Below are positions 37,858-50,545 of a stretch of 64,000 nt of DNA, piece after piece; within the stretch, counting starts at the first letter, position 1; each line of letters opens with the position of its first letter. The DNA comes from Carcharhinus amblyrhynchos (taxonomy: Eukaryota). A program made the position numbers and the translations under genes. The DNA lies in NCBI GenBank assembly GCA_965287045.1, contig OZ336871.1, forward strand, positions 90,272,001 to 90,336,000. Direction: 5' to 3'. Below the pieces are notes generated by a model, which worked only from the letters and a program-made list of their open reading frames with translations, searched no databases and had not been told where the DNA came from.

Positions 37858-38459
37858 ATATATATGATAGCAATTAAATTCTTTCAGAATATTGTCCCCC
37901 ATAAGTTGAAGAAAGATCCAATGTGACTGAAATGTTTAATTCCTGAAATTTAAATAGGTAATACAATGTACAAATTATAAATGATCTAGATTTTCTCATT
38001 CCAAAAATGTGCCAATTTTAGGGTCTGGGAACATTGTAGGTGTCAACAAAAAAAAACATGTTTTAAAGGACAGCTTTGTTTTAACAAAGTACAGTAACAT
38101 CAGGCCCCACACTGTCAGCTTTCACATACCGTAACCTCTGACAGCCCACAGCCCCTATAAAACCCTGTTTTCACAACACGTATCTTTTAGCAAATGTTTT
38201 TACTTTCAGAAATATCACTTTTTGTTCTAAAAAGATATGATGCATACTTTAATATTCAACAAATCAAAGAAAACGCTGATTCGTCAGACTTAAGCTTTCT
38301 TTAACCTTATTATACAGATAGCATAATTATAACATTTGCCTCATCATTTTCTCCACGTTTTCAATGCTGGGGGGCATTTTGAGATTTACTTTTTGGAATA
38401 AGCTTGAAGCTTGTTCTTAAATTACTAATTTTAATGGTTCAAATCCCTCTTGTCTATAG

Positions 38460-38770
38460 ATACCCAGGGACATTGAACAGTTTGAACCTCGTTCCTGAAG
38501 TGTAGAGTGATCCAACTTACTGCAATCGTCAGGGTGCCAGCTGCAGTAATTATTCAATTACTTCCCTCTGCATTTTGGAATCATGCAAAACTCCTGCTGT
38601 CATCAGACCACTTACTGCTGCTCTGGGCTAATGTCCAGCTGCCGACCCTTCAGACATATCACCACAGAATGAGGTAAACAGAAACAAAATTGGAGATCTT
38701 AACAAACGCTGTAAACGAAAAAAAGCCAAACAAGTATTATTAATAAAAAGGCTGTATTCATTTTTGTAAA
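38460..38770 (+). other. Candidate terminal or non-coding exon
   Basis: Branch-point-like TACTAAT at 38423-38429, pyrimidine tract and 'ctatag|'. All three frames stop within 16 codons. Donor-like GAG|gtaaac at 38673 and AATAAA at 38742. Confidence 0.35.
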
Positions 38771-40767
38771 GGCTGTATTCATTGCTGTCATGGTCTATTT
38801 ATTTTTTACTAAAGTGCTTTTAGCAGTCTAATAAACCATCTGATAAAATTGGCTTTTAAAGCACTTTGATTCTGGGGCTTGCATTCCTTAGGAGCTACTT
38901 ATACTACTCCTGAAATAGCTCAGAAAATATTTGCAATGAGAGAAGAATTAAGTCTCTATTTTTTAACATTTTATTTCATCTCTTTTGTCTCTCTTAGCCC
39001 CAACTTTCTCCTCTCACTTTAACTTGTGTTTAGCACTTATTTTTGCATTGAATTAAAGATTCTAATTTAAACTTCTTTTTTAGACTGCATGTGGCAAAGA
39101 TGATTCTTCAGCCTGATTTTTGAGAAGACATGCAGACTCTTATCCTGCTCATGCCCCATGTCCCCCTAGAGGGCGTCATGTTGAAAAGACTCTCTTATAA
39201 CAATGAATTGCTGCTCAAGAACTGACAAGTGGACTGTGAACAGCTGAAAGCTCAGTGAACAGCGAGCACTGTTTCCTCGAAAGTACCTTACAATTTGCAG
39301 TAGTATGAATGATCGGCTGTCACTACTCGCCGTTATGGCTGTGTAAAACTGACAGCAACTTCTGGCGTCCATAAATTGACAGTTAAATATGGGAATTCAA
39401 TTGTTGCTGTTGATACCCTGTTCCTCCAGAGAGTGCACTTCTGTAGTCTTTGCAGATGCAATCAACTGTGAAAGCAGTGATTTGATGTGAACTTCAACTT
39501 TGTAACCCATTATTTTCGATGTCAGGCCTAATGACAAAAATAAGCCTTGTTCAATCAGGAGTAAATTAGATTTTAGTGGCAGACTGATGTTATAATAATT
39601 GCTGAACAACCTCTCTGTCCCTGAAAACTAATTTTTACAAGAGCGGGGATTAATTTCCTCAGACAAACAAATAAAAATTATAGATTAAAAAAATAAATTT
39701 TGATGTTCTGATGTTTAAGTTTGTCCCAAACTCTCATCTGGCTATCCATCTTTCTTTTATTTTCATGTACAATGATTTGAATGCACAATAGAAATGCACT
39801 AGAAAATGTACTGCCTTCATCTTTAAAAAAGGTTAAGGTAGACAGTGACCAACTCTATTACAACAGAGGTATGATGATGTTTACTATGATGTAGCTTTCA
39901 CCCTCTCTCACACTTAAAAAGCCTTTTAAAACCTACCACTTTGTCAAAGCTTAATATATCCTGATTTAATTATTTCTCAATGCTATGTGTGGAATTTAAA
40001 TGAAATATCAGAGCCATGCATGCATAAATACTATTCTTCTATTTAAGTGAAGACAGAGCCTTTTAATAATATCCAAACCACTCAAAATGTGTCTGATAAT
40101 GTTTCTGCAGCATCCAACTACATTAAAAACACTTACCTAATTGCAAATTGATGTTTTTAATGTTGAGGGTCACTCACCACTGGAGAGGATTTCATGGGGA
40201 GTGATCAGGTCAATATTACTTTGTGGAGCCTTGGGTCTGAAATTCCTGGCAGGCAACACAATTAGTCAAGGTAGATTCTGGTACCAGCTGGTTTGGAGCA
40301 TATATACAAAGATAATCCAAGTTTGACTGATTATTATAGCCCAGGCTAATATAGGGTCACCAATTTTAACTCCCTCTTTGCCTTGTAACACCATTAGGAT
40401 GTAACTGGATGTGCGTGCAAGGTACGGGAAGTCATGATGTAATTTGGGAAGATTTTGGCAGTTCATTAGGAACATGATGCTACTTACATTGGAAGGGTTC
40501 CTAAGGTTTATGATAATTATTTTCTCCACTAAATGTTGTCAGATGTCCTATCTTCATTATTACTACAGTGGAACTAGCAAATGCTGTGGCTTAACTTCAT
40601 AATTTCTGTCTTGCTGAGTCTCTTCGTAATGTTTATTGTGCATCTGTTGTACAGCATAACTTCAATGATAATAAGCTTGGACATCTGTGCAAGGCTTTAT
40701 GTGCTATCAGGCTAGAATCATTCTGAGCCTGTTGAATTATCGATTTGTAGTCATGTTGTGACTCTTT

Positions 40768-43300
40768 AGGTGAAATCTTACCAAAAAAATGGCAGAAATT
40801 CGGTTCTGGTGCAAAAAATTGAGTGATTCCTGCCAATGAAACTGCCATGTTTTTGGGCTAAATCTTTATGCCTCATTAGTAATAATTTTTATGCCCATGA
40901 ATATCACATCGCTCCTGCAGCATGTTCCTTCTGATTCGCCCACCCCACAACAACTTAACTGCCACAAGCATTGGGGAGCTACATATATACATCTCCCCAG
41001 CACTCTGCAGCCCTTTTTCCACAGCAACTGCAGAAGATGGCACAAAAAAAGGCATGCTCGAGCTGAGCATTTTAAGAGCGGGCCTTCAATCTGGCTGGGG
41101 GGGAGGAAGAGCGTGTCTGCGCTGCTGATGAAATGTGAGAATCCTCAACAAATATGCTGTCATTCCTCAAGTCTCAAGCAAGAAACCAATGTCTCCCCCT
41201 GTAATGCACTGATGCCATGTCCCTTCTCTCACAGGCCGGCCTGGTTGCACCATCCTGAATGCCCCTAGACCCATCAGACTCCAGCAGTTTGGTGGAGGAC
41301 TTCTCCAAACCCACCATTGAAGAGACATGACAGCTGTCACCCACACCCAGCCCCAGCACTGATACTCACACTTAGGTGGGTTCAGTAAGTAGGCAGGGCT
41401 CTGGGTTACTCACAGATGAGCACCTCACAACTGAAGATCCACTCAGGCGGAAACAGGGACATCCCAGAGAACAGGCACTTGGGGGGAAGACGGAGCCCAG
41501 GACTCCGCTGAGCCCCTTGTCAATGATGTGCCTCTGGGCCCGGTCATCCCACACCTGCTGGAGCTGCAAGGCAGAGTATTAGGAAGGGATGAGAGCAGCC
41601 CTCCTCATAGTGCAAGGCCAATTGGAGGTGTCCCATCGCCTTCCATCTGAGGAGATAGTGCTGTTACTGCAGTGCACTGGGGCCAATACTGTCAGGGTGG
41701 CATTGCAGTGGAGACCTTGGTGCAGGATGTACATTCCTTGGCACAAGGTGTCTGCACCCTGGCTCAGTGCATGAGTTCTATGATGCAAGGCTTCAACTGC
41801 ATGGTGCAGGCACAGGTTGGAATCCACAAGTATCAGCTTCAGAGGATGGCGGCACTTCTGGATCTCACTCCAGATGCTCCCCCATTCCATGGAAGAGCAT
41901 AAGGTCCCCTGGAAACCTCGGAAAAGAGGATTGGCAGGAGTACAGCTGGACGTAGTAAGGTGGTCAGGAAGATTAAGAAACTGCAGGCACTTAATGGGCA
42001 CGGGCACTAGTGTAGATAGGCCACCATTTTGGTTTCAAATTTGGCATTAAATTTCACTTTGTTCACTCACAGAGCTTCCACCCTGTGTGTTCATACCACC
42101 AAGCTTGGGGGAACCACTGTGCTGACCTGGCACCTGATCCCTCTTATTGTGAGAATGACAGTGTAATGTACCTCCCACACCAGCGACACAATAAAGAGGT
42201 GCAGCTACTAGCGTGCGCTCACCCCCCACTCCCCCACATCCACCCAATGCTAGAGCCATCTGCCAACCCCCGTCCATGGAAGGAGGACCCCTCTCTCCCC
42301 TCCATCAGAGTGCACCCCTCTTTAATGATCATGAGGCCAAGGGCTGTTGAGGTGGTGCCGGCTGTCCACATTGACTGTAAAGTGGATGTGAACACCAGGA
42401 CTCCTGATATGGATGGGGCCTGTAGTAACTGAAGCTGTGTATTCTGTTTTTCTGAGCCCTATGATAAGCCCATTCGACGACAGGATGCACTCAGCACTCT
42501 GTCAGGTAGGAGTCAGACATATTTGATTTGATTTGATTTATTATTGTCACATATTAATATATAGTGAAAAGTATTGTTTTGTGCGCTATAGAGACAAAGC
42601 ATACTATTCATAGACAAGGAAATGAGAGAATGCAGAATGTAGTGTTACAGTCAAAGCTAGGGAGTAGAGAAACATCAACTTAATGCAGGGTAGGTCATTC
42701 AAAAGTCTGATGGCAGCAGGGAAGAAGCTGATCTTGCGTCGGTTGGCACATGGCCACAAAACTTTGTATCTTTTTCCCAAAGGAAGAAGGTGGAAGAGAG
42801 AATGTCCAGGGTGCATGGGGTCCTTAATTATGCTGGCTGCTTTGCTGAGGGAGTGGGAAGTGTAGGTAGAATCAATGGATGGGAGGCTGGTTTGCGTGAT
42901 AGATTGGGCTAATGTAGCTCTATAACATAGGGATATACATATATGTATATCACTGAGGATGAGATAATCAAAGCCCTGTCCTCAATGCAAATCATCAACA
43001 TTCTCCCATAGAATCTGGCCAATGGCTTCAGCACTCTGCCAATGAGACCTGGTAACAGCATAGGAGCATACGGCTGGTGCCATATAACTGCTTAGATACT
43101 AGTCCCCATGGTGGGAGAGCTAACCCTGCTTCTCCCTGAAACAAGATACTATGAGGCCATCCCGAACATGTTGGCCCAGTCAGGCCCTGACCACTGCCCA
43201 GGCTGCTTCCGTCTCCTCCTCTTTATGGTCACCCTCACTGCCCTCCTCCACATCCTCATCTTCTGCCTATGGCTGTAGAATGTGTCCTCATCTTCTTACT
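40768..43300. mobile_element. Decayed Harbinger-like element (Myb-partner ORF remnant on +, possible acidic transposase C-terminus on -)
   Basis: TIR-like start 'aggtgaaatcttaccaaaaaaatggc'; heptad-like remnant VETLVQDVHSLAQGVCTLAQCMSSMMQG (41700-41820); Glu/Asp-rich minus-strand stretch at 43170-43290. Confidence 0.55.
42521..42912 (-). mobile_element. Rex1/Babar LINE 3' end
   Basis: HPGHSLFHLLPLGKRYK...KISFFPAAIRLLN; (ATTTG)n tail; same family as 54901-56415. Confidence 0.9.
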
Positions 43301-44489
43301 CTTTGAAAACAAGATGAATTCCAAATGAAAGGCCAATGTTTTTGCAGAGGGAGTTTTTTGCAGTAACAGAAATATACCCTTAAATCGTATCTGGTAAAGT
43401 ATAGAGAGACAAAAGTAAAGGATATGTTAAATTATAATCTTTTGTTTGAAAAGCAATACCACCAAAGTTATTGCATGTGCCCAAGCAACATAAAAATGAT
43501 CAACAAATGTCAATCAGAATAGCTTTATAAGCCCAGTAGTGTCTAGTATTAGTTGTGTGGCTGCTGTGGTGTTGTGCATTTGTTTATAGACACATTGGAC
43601 ACTATGTAATGGAGCCTTTAAGAGTGGGAAATGGGGCATGCTGGTGATGGAGGTGGGAGAGGAGGAAGCTTAATTAGATTGAACAAAATCTCATGCCTCA
43701 GTAGCGGGTCGAGATGTAGAGATTAAGAGATTAAGGTAACAGCATTGCTACAATGGGTCATGCCTCACACCGTCTGGTGGTGTGTTCCTATTTTCAATAG
43801 ATTTGCAACCCTTGAATACTCATTATCTTATAACATTTTCAAATCAAGTCCGACCTTCATATGGGCATGAGTTGTTTGCTGGATTTGGTGCTGCAGTCAG
43901 TTGCTAACCTTCGCATGGAGAAAGCCAAGCACTTACACACCTGAGATATGGCAGAAACCCTGGCACGCACAGACTCTTTCATTGCCTATGCAGACTGCAC
44001 ATGACTTTTGCCATCTTCATTATATGTCCCACTAACTGCAGGCTTATAGAGGCTGGGACCAGAGTCCATCATCTGTGGGGGACTTAGCAAGGGCCTGGTC
44101 CCTAGTAGTCTCAAAGTGTCAGGGACCTTAGCTGCCATAGTTCCCCTCAGCTGCTGGAACGTGTGTGCAATATGATTGCTACATTATGTTTCTGAATCTA
44201 AATGCAAACCAGCCACAATCCACGTGGGTGTAATTGCATTGAAGGCAGTTGTGATAGAGGGAGGTAGAGAAAGAAATGTATCCTCTGGTCAGTGGTGTAA
44301 TTATTCTCAGAACTGGAGTCTTTAAGTTCCTGCTGTTGCTGTGGCTTTGCTTGGGATAGTAAATGCCTGTAATGGGGAGCAAAATGAACCACACTAAGGA
44401 TCAGTCTACTAGCACATCATATTTCCTTGTATGTTTCCTATGCCAGCACCAGGCTGGATACATTCTCACTCTTATACCTGGCCATTCTA

Positions 44490-45045
44490 ACCGTGCTGTC
44501 TGTGATCAGTCAGCTGCCCTCCTCTCCTGTATACTTCAGTAACTCTTCCTCTGCAGGGGTAAGCAGCTTCAGGTCCGGTACTTCACCTCCAGTCCTTGAC
44601 CTGTCCTTCGAGGATTGGTTTGTTTCTCTTGCATGACAATGTGCAGATTTAGTGAAATGTCAAGTGACACCTAACCCTGGTGTCTGCACACATCCCCATC
44701 ATGCATATTGACTTTATGTTGAACCAAGCACTCACAAAAGCCCAAGTGTCATATGCTTTGGCCTCGATTGCCATGTAGTATTATGGCTGATCACACATTT
44801 GCCTGTCTCACCAGACTGTTGACACTCAAAGATACATTACTTGGTGACCCCATGAAAGACCCTTAGGTATTAAATGACCTATCACTTACCGTGGTGGATA
44901 GGAACAAGTCATTGATCCTATTCCTGCACTGGACCCAGGTTCTTTGGAGGACCCACAGTTGCTCACTTGCTCTTCAATCTCCCACTAGGCCTCTTTGATC
45001 AGGCGGGACGATCTTCTGTTGTTATTTGTGGGAAAGATCCTCCTA
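44490..45045 (-). pseudogene. Harbinger Myb/SANT-like (ORF2) gene remnant, two exons
   Basis: RIFPTNNNRRSSRLIKEA*WEIEEQVS...RTWVQCRNRINDLFLSTT followed by a gtaagt donor (~44888); downstream exon RSRTGGEVPDLKLLTPAEEELLKYTG. Confidence 0.8.
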
Positions 45046-45046
45046 T

Positions 45047-46150
45047 TCCATGCACCCTAATTTTGTTAACTAGCCTTTCGTGTGGTAATTGTGAAAGGCT
45101 TCCTTAAACTCCACAGGGACAATATTCTTTGTTCTCTCTTCATCAACCTTCTCTGTTGCTTCATCAAAAAAGTAAACTGAATTAGTCAAGTCACGTACTG
45201 GTTTTAAAAAATCCAAGCTGGGTCCCATTGATGTAACTCAAAACTCTCCAAGTTGATCTTCTTTCTCTGATTATTGTTTCCACAACCCTACCCAGCACTG
45301 ATGTTAAATTAGCCAGCCTGGTAGTTGCCACAATTGTCCTTAAACTCTTTCTTGAATATCCCTATATCTAGGGAAGATTATATGATTAAGGCAAGCCCTT
45401 CTACTATCATCACCATGCCACTTCCTTTCACAACCTGGGAGCCACTGGGACCAGACGATTTAGCTACTCTTGGCATAGCCAAGAGTAGGTTTATTAGGTC
45501 ATTGAGACGTAACAGTTTGCTTCAGTGCACCTGAGTTAACGAGAGGAATTTCAGCCATGCTTTCTGCTCCTGATAACCATCCAGCAACTGCTGTTAGAAG
45601 TGTTGGATAAATATTGGATCCACTGCATCCTTCCTATCAATTTTATATTACCCCAATCTATTACCACTAACATCTCCGCTTTTACTAGAAATTTGAGGGT
45701 AAAAGCCTTGAACCAATAATTTCTGAGCAGACAGTTCTGGTTGGGGGTGGGTGGTGGGGGGGAGGTGTGGCGCTGTGGCAGCATTCTTCTCCTTAGTAAA
45801 TACCGATATAAAGTACTTATTAAGTTTTCTCATTGTGGCCTGCACCTCTTAAGCATCTATCGCCCTCTTTGCTCCTAACAGGATTGACTCCGCATCCCAC
45901 TACCTGCTTAGTAATTACATGCCAGTAGAAGATTTTTGGGTTCATTTTTATGTTAACTGCTAACCTACTCTCATATCCTTTCTTTCCTAATCTTAATCTC
46001 CTCTTTGCTTCCCCTCTCAATTTGCTGTATTTGATCTGGTACTTCCTTGAAGGATTCAGTTGGCATGCAGAATTCACCCTCTTTTTTTTCCATTTTCATC
46101 ACATTGTCTATCTCCCTCCTCACCCAAGGAGCACTGGCTTTTACATTTCT
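45047..46150 (-). mobile_element. CR1 LINE ORF2 fragment (EN-RT linker to RT), decayed
   Basis: ESRLAVNIKMNPKIFYWHV, KLNKYFISVFTKEK, NYQAG*FN and EFKEAFHNYHTKG on the minus strand. Confidence 0.82.
45493..45622 (+). repeat. 130-bp local duplicate of 46662-46791, inserted in CR1
   Basis: Direct comparison by eye gives 127/130 identical, same orientation, offset 1169 bp. Confidence 0.95.
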
Positions 46151-46559
46151 GCCATTTTGGAACTGAAGTTACAACAGTGTGAAACATCTTCATTTCCCCC
46201 CAGAGCTGTCTGCTCAGGTAATATTCCCCAATGACTGGTTCAAGGTTTCCACCCTCAAACTTCTACCCCAATGGGTGCTCAGCATGCCTGTACCTTCATA
46301 GCCTGGGAATGGAATTTTTAATCTGTGTAAAGTGTTAGTAATCAAGAAGTAATTACAGCTGTGAATAGTGTTCAGTGTTTATTTGAAGTTAAATGCTGAA
46401 GCAATGAAGAGCTGTGAGAACATCTGTAATTCATTCCTAACTTGTTATTTTGTATAAAATAGACACAAACTATTTTCTTTCTATTGGCAGAAAGTGGTGA
46501 CAACCATAGCAAGGCAAAGTGATGAAGAACTGAAAGTCACTTTCCCACACTGTGGAGAT

Positions 46560-46835
46560 CTCCAAATGGCTCAGTGAGATAATCCAGTGAATTGCTACAC
46601 CATATGGAGTAGGAAGGCCTAGGGTTCAATTGTTGGACTTCGCTAGTTAAACAGGACATTCATTAGGTCATTGAGATGTAACAGTTTGCTTCAGTGCACC
46701 TGAGCTAACGAGAGGAATTTCAGCCATGCTTTCGGCTCCTGATAACCATCCAGCAACTGCTGTTAGAAGTGTTGGATAAATATTGGATCCAGTTTGGCTC
46801 TGATACCCACTGTGACTGAACAGCCACCCACCGAA
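46560..46835 (+). mobile_element. Old tRNA-headed SINE-like element (likely donor of the duplicated 130 bp)
   Basis: A-box-like 'tggctcagtgag' and B-box-like 'gggttcaatt'. Confidence 0.4.
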
Positions 46836-47474
46836 AAAGAGTAAATTATCAGAAGGTAATGGAGGTCACGCATGGTAGGAGGCAGGGACTAAAATGAACG
46901 GCCTAATTCTGCCAGGAATTCACGCAGGTGGTAGAAATATTATATGCATTTTTTGATCTGGGATCATTCAGCTGAGGGTATTTTCGGAAATTCTGGAGCA
47001 GCTAATATTCAAATATATACTAACAATTTACCTTTTGTCTTTTATGAAATACTTTGGAGGAGATTCAAGTAGGTCACAGAAAACTTTGGAATAGATTTTT
47101 ATGGAGTTTCATGTGGAGACCCCACAACATATCCGAAATGGTGCCGGGAACTTGGATCTGGAAGTTCTGCCCCCATTTCCAGCAGATCCTGGTAGAGGAG
47201 CAGGGGCAGGAAACAATTCACACGTGGAGGAAATAAACTCCAAAGGGCCATTTAAGTCCAGTGCTGACTGAGTTCAGAGAGACCACCTTCACTGAAACAT
47301 GAACACTATCCTGCAATGTGTGCATTACAATTTTCTAGTGTAGATGTAAATGTGTGGAAAGGACGGATAATGTCAATGAAACTGTTAAGCTGTCACATTA
47401 TTTAAATTTTGAACAACGAATTTCCCCAGCCTTGTGCCAGAAATCAGCTTGGAGCTGTGTAAAGTATTCTAATG

Positions 47475-48725
47475 TTCATTTATATGTAATTAGCAGGCCA
47501 GGACCGAAGTCTCGAGGTGTGCTGGCCTCTCTCCTCGCCACCAGGAGTGCTTCACTCCAGCGAGGTTTACAACAGCTCCCCAATTGCAGGGAGCTGGTGG
47601 CCCGATCCTGCTGGAATGAAGGGAAGCCATGGAGGTCCTCCAGGAGGTTGGGGTAAGGGGGTGGGAGGGGTGGCTCCCTGGGCATTGCTGACTTGACAGT
47701 GCCAGCCCAAGGGACAAAGTGGCAATGCTTGGAGATACCTTGGCAGCCCCCCACTGGGCATCAGCGGAGACCAGTGATTGGTCTTGGCCATCGGGGTGAG
47801 GGAGGGAGAAGGGGGGGTCATTGGGCTTTGGCCTGTTGGAGGTGTCCAGGCTACTGGGTGGGGGGGGGGGGGGGGGGGGGTCAGGACAGTGGTGGGGGGG
47901 GGTGCAGGGGGGGGGGTGTCGGGACTGTGGGGGGGAGGGATCAGGACTACCGGTGGGTCTGGGTAAGTGGGGGGGCGGATTGGGAGATCGGAACTGCCCT
48001 GGCGGGGGGAGGAAGATTGAAGGTGTTGGGGCGTGGGGTGGTTGAGACTGGCTCAGACACATCTGGGAGGCCAACGATCAGTGTATATGGGGATCGGTGA
48101 GGCAGTATTGCAGGTCACAGAGCTGGCCAGCAGTTGAGCTGGCCAGCAGTAGTGCAGGGCTACTGCATACGCACCAATCTCAGCATTGACAGATCGATGC
48201 ATGTGTAGTAACGCACTCAACGTTATAAGAACATAAGAACATAAGAAATAGGAGCAGGAGTAGGCCATCTAGCCCTTCGAGCCTGCCCCTGCCATTCAAT
48301 AAGATCATGGCTGATCTGTTGTGGCTCAGTTCCACATTCCCGCCCTCTCCCCATAACCCTTAATCCCCTCTCTTATCAAAAACCCATCAACCCGCGTCTT
48401 AAAAATATTTAGCGAGGCAGCCTCCACCACTTCAACGGGCAGAGAATTCCAGAGATTCACCACCCTTTGAGTGAAGAAGTTCCTCCTCAACTCCGTTCTA
48501 AACTGCCCCCCCTTTATCTTGAGGCTGTGCCCCCTAGTCCTACTGTCTTTTTTGAACGGGAAGAGTCTCTCCACCTCTATCCTATCCATCCCATTCATCA
48601 TCTTATACGTCTCAATGAGATCTCATTATGCTGCTGGCCTCTTGGGTGGGAATAGCCCCTCCCACTGATTTCTAATAAGATTCATGTTAGTGCACTCTGT
48701 GATGCACAGAGTGTGGAAGATTCAT
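47475..48725. mobile_element. Non-autonomous Harbinger-like element with G-rich core, interrupted by CR1
   Basis: GC-rich island with a G21 run (47860-47880); similar sequence resumes after the CR1 insertion and ends 'gtgtggaagattc'. Confidence 0.45.
48225..48625 (-). mobile_element. Relatively young CR1 3' end
   Basis: Open ORF 48326-48601 (RTRGHSLKIKGGQFRTELRRNFFTQRVVNLWNSLP); CpGs retained; (ATAAGAAC)n tail. Confidence 0.95.
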
Positions 48726-48883
48726 TTTGAAACTGCCGCTGAATAAACTGACAGAATTTACTTTAGTTTTTAAGTGAATTTGACACTTAGAATTTTTAGA
48801 GTCTCACCTCAGATCTGTAGCTTAACTCCTCTCTAAGTCTTTGAAGGCCAGCTGTTTTGCTTTTCTGTAGACTAGTTAATTTA

Positions 48884-49226
48884 TGGGAAGGTGATGGCCT
48901 AGAGTCATTATCGTTGGACTATTAATCCAGAAACTCAGCTAATGTTCTGGGGACCCAGGTTTGAATCCTGCCATTGCAGATGGTCAAATGTGAATGCATT
49001 AAAAAAATGACTGGAATTAAGAATCTACTCATGACCATGAAACAATTGTCGATTGTTCAAAATATCCATCTGGTTCACAAATGTCCTTTCGGGGAGGAAA
49101 TCTGTCTCCTTACCTGGTCTGGCCTATATGTAACTCCAGAGCCACAACAATGTGGTTGACTCATAGGGATGGGTAATAAATGCTGGCTAGCCAGAAATGC
49201 CCATGTCACACAAATGAATAAAAAAA
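48884..49226 (+). mobile_element. tRNA-headed SINE, class C (non-HE1)
   Basis: Head 'gatggcctagag...ggggacccaggtttgaatcc'; body 'ccatctggttcacaaatgtcctttcggggaggaaatctg'; tail 'aaatgctggctagccag...atgaataaaaaaa'. Confidence 0.82.
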
Positions 49227-49234
49227 TTCAGAAT

Positions 49235-49481
49235 TTACTGTGAAAATCCCCTAGTTGCCACACTGCAGTGCCTGTTCAGAAAAATTGAGGGAGAATTTAG
49301 TATGGCCAATGCACCTAAATCTTTCGGACTGTGGGAGGAAACTGGAGCACCCGGAGGTAAACCCATGCACGCACAAGGAGAACATGGAAGCTCCACACTG
49401 ACAGGGATCCAAGCCAGGAATCGAATCTGGGTTCCTGATGCTGTGAGGCATCAGTGTTAACCACTGTGCCACCGTGCCACC
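49235..49481 (-). mobile_element. HE1-headed SINE, class B, tail truncated
   Basis: 'ttactgtgaaaatcccctagttgccacac' plus V-domain and head. Confidence 0.88.
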
Positions 49482-50233
49482 TAAAAACTCAACACTGGAG
49501 TTTAATATCCTCAGAAGATGACACTCTTAACTTCCAGTGATTACATTTAAGGTCAAGTATGCCAACATCTGCACCTGATCTGCATTTCCATCAGGTGAGG
49601 CTGCATGACCATGGAGGCACCTGGCACAATTTGCCCTCATCTGCTTTTCTCATTATCAGCTTATATTGTCTCAAACATGGTTTGAAATTTTAACTTTGTC
49701 TCAAACTTTAAACTGTGACTGTGCCAATGCCATTACATAATGCATTTTGAATTAGTCGGACTTACATAAGATTTGGCACAAGAAACTATTTATTGTGAAC
49801 AGACTCTATTCTCCATCACTTAATGTTCCTTCTTGAATTGGAATGAATATTAAACTCCTCACTGACATGTAGCTTTTGTAAACTGCATTTGGATTTAATC
49901 AGAGGAGATTTATCGCATTGGAATATTAATTGCACACTTGGCTACTTGAGATGTCACGTAACTTTATAAAGTTGTGTTGCAAGTTGGAAAGTTCAGAAGG
50001 ATCAATAAGTTTTTTTAGATATTCTTCTTGATTTTGTGCTGTGAGTTTTGTAATCTCACTGTCTTATTACAAATTCCACTGACTGCAGTGACCAGTTTTC
50101 CTTTATGTAAGAGGCATTTCCTAGAACTGGGTACAACCATGACTCCTTTAGCTCCATTTTAGTCTCCTGGTCCAAATTGGTTTTGCAATATCTCCAAATA
50201 AGTTTTTTTTTGTCAATTTTAGACAGATACCAC

Positions 50234-50545
50234 GCAGCATGGTAGAATAGCGGTTAGCACTGCTGTCTCACAGTACCAGAGACCCAGGTTTGATTCCTGG
50301 CTTGGGTCATTGTCTGTGTGGAATTTGCACATTCTCCTTATGTCTGTGTGGGTTTCCTCCGGGTACTCCACTTTCCTCCCACAGTCCAAAGATGTGCTGA
50401 TTAGTTTGACTAGCCATTCTAAATTGACCTTAGTTGTGGAGAGATTAGCAGGATAAATATGTGGGATTACAGGGATAGGATGGGATTTTTGTCGAAGCAG
50501 GCTTGATGGGCTGAATGGCCTCCTCTGTACTGTAGGGATTCTGTA
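50234..50545 (+). mobile_element. HE1 V-SINE, CR1-like tail
   Basis: Head, V-domain and 'gatgggctgaatggcctcctctgtactgtagggattc'. Confidence 0.9.

Noticed and set aside
46491-46575. Possible exon (KVVTTIARQSDEELKVTFPHCGDLQMAQ*) after 'ctattggcag'
   Set aside because: It runs into a SINE-like head and a stop, has only a weak donor and no recognisable protein similarity.
47490-48100. Longest ORFs (194 aa Pro-rich on -, 135 aa Gly-rich on +)
   Set aside because: Artefacts of G/C homopolymer runs inside a repeat; no domain and no splice context.
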